From IMG/VR virus record IMGVR_UViG_3300035080_000019: a stretch of DNA of 20,000 nt; one strand, 5' to 3'. The number at the start of each line of letters is the position of its first letter. Position 1 is the first letter of the stretch. Below, in pieces: positions 16,897-20,000 of this stretch. This DNA is from an uncultured virus (IMG/VR IMGVR_UViG_3300035080_000019). Its lineage: Duplodnaviria; Heunggongvirae; Uroviricota; Caudoviricetes. A program made the translations under genes and the position numbers. The notes beneath the pieces are model-generated. The model was not told the DNA's origin, did no database searches, and saw only the letters and a program-made list of their open reading frames with translations.

Positions 16897-17147
16897 TCAG
16901 CATTCCATGCCCACACTGCCAACATCGTGTGAGAGCGGCTAAGAGCCGTACCATGTCGTTGATGATGAAGGAAATCACCTACCAGTGCCAGAACGTCGAG
17001 TGCGGCCACACCTTCGTGGCCACGCTTGAAGTTTCGCGCACCGTGTCGATGTCGGCCATGCCGAACCCGGAAGTGCGCATCCCCATCTCTTCGCGCGCAT
17101 TTCTGGCTGCGAAGAACCAAATGACGTTAGACCTCGCGACCGCTTAA
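16887..17147 (+). CDS. ogr: Ogr/Delta-like zinc-finger late transcription activator
   Basis: CPHC...SR......YQCQNVECGHTFV (C-x2-C...C-x4-C) signature. Confidence 0.95.
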   Translation: MRVISIPCPHCQHRVRAAKSRTMSLMMKEITYQCQNVECGHTFVATLEVSRTVSMSAMPNPEVRIPISSRAFLAAKNQMTLDLATA

Positions 17148-17226
17148 GCAGCCGCCCAACTTCCGATAAATCAAAACCTGCCGTGCGCCAATTGGCGCGC
17201 GCGGGATTCGCTCACCCTAAAAAATC

Positions 17227-17433
17227 ATGACCACTGCGAATCTGAATGCAAAGGATGTCATCAGGCAGTATTTCAACGATGATCTGGCCGCGTACCTTTG
17301 CGCACAGAAAATGCTGTACCGCCGCTCTATCACTGGCCTCCAATGGGACGTGATTTGGGAAGGGAGGAACGTCATCGGCAAGCGTCTTGCATCGCGGCTT
17401 CAGCTACTGGGCGGTCTGCTGGGGGAATGGTAA
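17227..17433 (+). CDS. Hypothetical early protein
   Basis: 68-aa ORF in the early operon, TAATG-coupled to the next ORF. Confidence 0.5.
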   Translation: MTTANLNAKDVIRQYFNDDLAAYLCAQKMLYRRSITGLQWDVIWEGRNVIGKRLASRLQLLGGLLGEW

Positions 17434-17519
17434 TGCGAACCGTATTTGCCCACTGCGTAGCGGCTTTACTGCTACTCGCCCCAGCATTGTTGTCGGCCCT
17501 CGGCCTGGTGAAAGGCTGA
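17433..17519 (+). CDS. 28-aa hydrophobic peptide
   Basis: MRTVFAHCVAALLLLAPALLSALGLVKG; GGGGGA SD-like site, TAATG overlap, ends 2 nt before the next start. Confidence 0.45.
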   Translation: MRTVFAHCVAALLLLAPALLSALGLVKG

Positions 17520-17521
17520 CC

Positions 17522-17875
17522 ATGCGCGGCGCCCGAATCAAGGACCATGCGTCATTCCGTCCCGTCACGGATCTGCTGCGCGAGCGTGCGGCACTGGCAC
17601 CGACGCCACCAGGCGATGAGGCCGCTAAGGCTGAATTGGAAAAAGCCATGACGCTGCTGCGCACGCGCAAGCGGCCCAATCATCAGATTGGCGTCGCCTA
17701 TTCCTGGGCGGCCACGGCCAAGCCGGTACGCCGACACATCCTTGCCCTGGCGGGACTCTCGCCGGATCGCTGGGAATCCCCCATTCACTCCTTCACCGAA
17801 GCCGAACGCCTGGCCATGCGCCATGCCGTGCTGCGTGCAATTACGACCTATGAAAGAGCGCTCAATGCAGTATAG
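17522..17875 (+). CDS. Hypothetical protein preceding gpA
   Basis: ATG 17522 after AAAGG; 117 aa; overlaps the A start. Confidence 0.65.
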   Translation: MRGARIKDHASFRPVTDLLRERAALAPTPPGDEAAKAELEKAMTLLRTRKRPNHQIGVAYSWAATAKPVRRHILALAGLSPDRWESPIHSFTEAERLAMRHAVLRAITTYERALNAV

Positions 17876-19916
17876 GAAAGTCGATGCGAAGACTCGGCGC
17901 CAGCATAGGGCGTTCACGGAGTCGCCGCAGTTCGCCAGGGAGCTGGCGCGCATCCCCTTGAAGTGGCGTGGCCGTGTGGTCAGTGAGGCTCTAGAGCTGA
18001 TGTCGGTCTGGCACTGGCGCCGCATCTTCGAGCCGGTGGCCGTCGAGTTCGTCCGTGACTTCGCAGAAAAGTACGTGCCGGCCGGCATCGATCTTTCTCA
18101 GGACGATGCGGATATCTGCGCCACGGCAGAAAAGGCCGCTGACAACGTCAAGAAAATGCTGTGGAAGGCAATTTCCGATACCCACGCCCGCGACATCATC
18201 GAGCAGGAATGCAGCGACTACGGTATTGACGTGCCGGAGGTAGATGATGACGACTTGCGCGCCATCATTGCCCGCGTGGTTGATCCTCGCTGGTGGCGCC
18301 GGCAGTTGCGCAAGGTGGTCGGTCGGGCCTTCGAGGGCGGCAATATCCGCCTGGGCTATGTCCACTACCATGGCGAGCCCTACGCCAGCAATGATGCCGT
18401 GCTGTCGCGCCTGGCCCAGAACAAGCGCAATGCTGCCGCGCTGGAAGCGACTATTGTGCGCAATGAAGCTGGCCAGGAATTCAGCATTGCCGAGCTGGCC
18501 GAGAAGACCACGGCCAATAAGACCATTCGCCGCGGCGAACTCATGCTGCGCATCAATGGCTTCGAGATGATCGCGAGGGAATGCAACGACCAGGGGCTGT
18601 TTCTCACCTGGTCCTGCCCGTCACGCTTCCATGCCACTCTGCACACGGGCAAGCCGAACCCCAAATATGACGGCTCGGACCCACGCACGGCCAATAAATA
18701 CCTTGGCAAGATGACTGCGCTGGCACGCTCGGCGCTGGCCCGGCGCGGCATCGGCCTGTACGGTTTCCGCATCGCTGAACCCCACCACGATGGATGCCCG
18801 CACTGGCACATGCTGGTATTCGTGCGCGCTCTGCCGGGCTACACCACGCCGCACGTCAAGGACGTGGCCAGCCGTGCTATCCGCATCATGAAGCGTTATG
18901 CCTGGCGCGTGGATCGCGGCGAGCCGGGTGCATTCAAGCGTCGCCTCGACGTGAAGCGCATCGACTGGTCAAAGGGCAGCGCTGCTGGCTATATCGCTAA
19001 GTACGTGGCCAAGAACATCGATGGCGTCGCCGACCATAAGACCAAGGAAGGCTATGTGGTCACTACCGACACAGCCGGCGACTACGAACTGACGCCATCG
19101 GCCCGCGTGGAAGCCTGGGCCGCTCGCTGGGGAATTCGTCAGTTCCAGCAGTGGGGTGGCGCGCCGGTGAGCGTGTGGCGCGAGCTACGCCGCGTTCCAG
19201 CGGAGATGGTGCAAGAGGCGCCACCGGCGATGGCCGCCGCCTGGGATGCTGTCCAGAAGATCGAAGGCGAGAAGCGTGCGTGCTGGGCCAGTTATCTGCG
19301 CGCGCAAGGTGGTGCCATCGTGAAGCGCGATGACCTGATGGTCACCCTGGCCAAGGAAACCAAGACTGTCACCGGTCGCTATGAAGAGTGTGAGCGAGTG
19401 ATGCCCTATGGCGTGCAGTGTCGCCAAATGGCCGGGGTGGTCTTTAAATCAGTTCGGCATACATGGACGCCAGTTCAAGGGCACGACGCCCGCGCATCGG
19501 CGGGGTCGGGTTTCCCTTGGACTCGTGTAAATAACTGTACGCAGCCCGCCACGCCTGACTTTGCGGCCGATGCGTCCTTCGAGCCGAAAGCGGCGCCCGC
19601 ACCGGTCATGTTCCAGCCCGACCAGGCCGCGCAGATCGATCATGCCTGGCTCGCCCTGGGCGCATGTCCCTGGCCTCGACCAGTGGTCAACGACATGCCG
19701 GCATGGCCAGGGCCAGCCGTGACCGCCGATGAGCAGCGCCGCGCACTGGCGGCCTGGGATGCCATCAAGGCGTGCCCCTGGCCACGCGTGGTGCCTGTGC
19801 CGGACAAGTCCCCGCGCCGCGGCACGCCGCGCCAGGTCGCCGACTGGCGCGCCGGCCGGCTCGATGTGACCGAACTTCCGATTAATCCCAACCCAACGAA
19901 AGGGAACGCCCCATGA
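17865..19916 (+). CDS. A: P2 gpA-like rolling-circle replication initiator (HUH endonuclease)
   Basis: 'WWRRQLR', 'RRGELM.RI.GFE', 'T.SCPSRFH', HUH 'EPHHDGCPHWH', catalytic 'GYIAKYVAKNIDG', 'WGIRQFQQ.GG.PVSVWRELR'; start reassigned to ATG 17865. Confidence 0.96.
   Translation: MQYRKVDAKTRRQHRAFTESPQFARELARIPLKWRGRVVSEALELMSVWHWRRIFEPVAVEFVRDFAEKYVPAGIDLSQDDADICATAEKAADNVKKMLWKAISDTHARDIIEQECSDYGIDVPEVDDDDLRAIIARVVDPRWWRRQLRKVVGRAFEGGNIRLGYVHYHGEPYASNDAVLSRLAQNKRNAAALEATIVRNEAGQEFSIAELAEKTTANKTIRRGELMLRINGFEMIARECNDQGLFLTWSCPSRFHATLHTGKPNPKYDGSDPRTANKYLGKMTALARSALARRGIGLYGFRIAEPHHDGCPHWHMLVFVRALPGYTTPHVKDVASRAIRIMKRYAWRVDRGEPGAFKRRLDVKRIDWSKGSAAGYIAKYVAKNIDGVADHKTKEGYVVTTDTAGDYELTPSARVEAWAARWGIRQFQQWGGAPVSVWRELRRVPAEMVQEAPPAMAAAWDAVQKIEGEKRACWASYLRAQGGAIVKRDDLMVTLAKETKTVTGRYEECERVMPYGVQCRQMAGVVFKSVRHTWTPVQGHDARASAGSGFPWTRVNNCTQPATPDFAADASFEPKAAPAPVMFQPDQAAQIDHAWLALGACPWPRPVVNDMPAWPGPAVTADEQRRALAAWDAIKACPWPRVVPVPDKSPRRGTPRQVADWRAGRLDVTELPINPNPTKGNAP
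19514..19540 (+). other. Putative replication origin (ori) inside gene A
   Basis: CCCTTGGACTCGTGTAAATAACTGTAC (encoding PWTRVNNC) resembles the P2 ori (CCTCG^GAGTCCTGTCAA...), which also lies within A. Confidence 0.7.
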
Positions 19917-20000
19917 CAGCGTTTCGTGTCGTCGTGCGCACTGCCAGCGCACGCCATTCCTACACCGCCATCGCAGCCCATAGCTGCGACGTGATCGCCG
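19913..20000 (+). CDS. Small hypothetical phage protein, 3'-truncated by window edge
   Basis: ATGA overlap with the A stop, AAGGGA SD; MTAFRVVVRTASARHSYTAIAAHSCDVIA open to the window end. Confidence 0.65.
   Translation, partial: MTAFRVVVRTASARHSYTAIAAHSCDVIA

Larger units (their letters stand above)
1..20000. mobile_element. P2-like prophage/phage (lysis end, tail module, immunity region, replication gene A); extends beyond both window edges
   Basis: Continuous P2 gene order R-S-V-W-J-I-H-G-FI-FII-E/E'-T-U-D plus ogr and gpA homologs, with many ATGA-coupled gene junctions. Confidence 0.97.

Noticed and set aside
17688..17864. N-terminal extension of gpA in the ORF track (similar extensions for V, J, G, FII and the repressor)
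   Set aside because: These overlap upstream genes or regulatory sites; downstream starts have better coupling, SD or family-typical N-termini
1..20000. Integrase, att sites, tRNA, CRISPR array, or tailocin interpretation
   Set aside because: None seen. The repressor, ogr, gpA and ori indicate a true prophage rather than a tailocin

Overview
This window is an internal 20 kb segment of a P2-like (Peduoviridae-type) myophage or prophage from a GC-rich host, probably betaproteobacterial (inference). From left to right it holds the end of an i-spanin gene with an embedded o-spanin lipoprotein, then tail completion genes R and S. An AT-rich moron encoding a tail-fibre-like protein follows, then the baseplate/tail module V-W-J-I-H-G-FI-FII-E/E'-T-U-D and a second AT-rich moron encoding a PAS-GGDEF diguanylate cyclase. 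The immunity region has an XRE repressor and a downstream membrane protein on the - strand, with a divergent promoter/operator. Early genes include ogr and the rolling-circle replication gene A with its internal origin. No integrase or att site is visible. The most unusual signal is that the repressor C-terminus (INFHGRVGHQVIGDI) and the N-terminus of the adjacent membrane protein (VDFHGDVENAVIGDV) share one short beta-prone motif. This is the layout of homotypic (RHIM/BASS-like amyloid) signalling pairs, and it suggests a membrane sensor coupled directly to the prophage repressor. All assignments come from reading the sequence; no searches were run.
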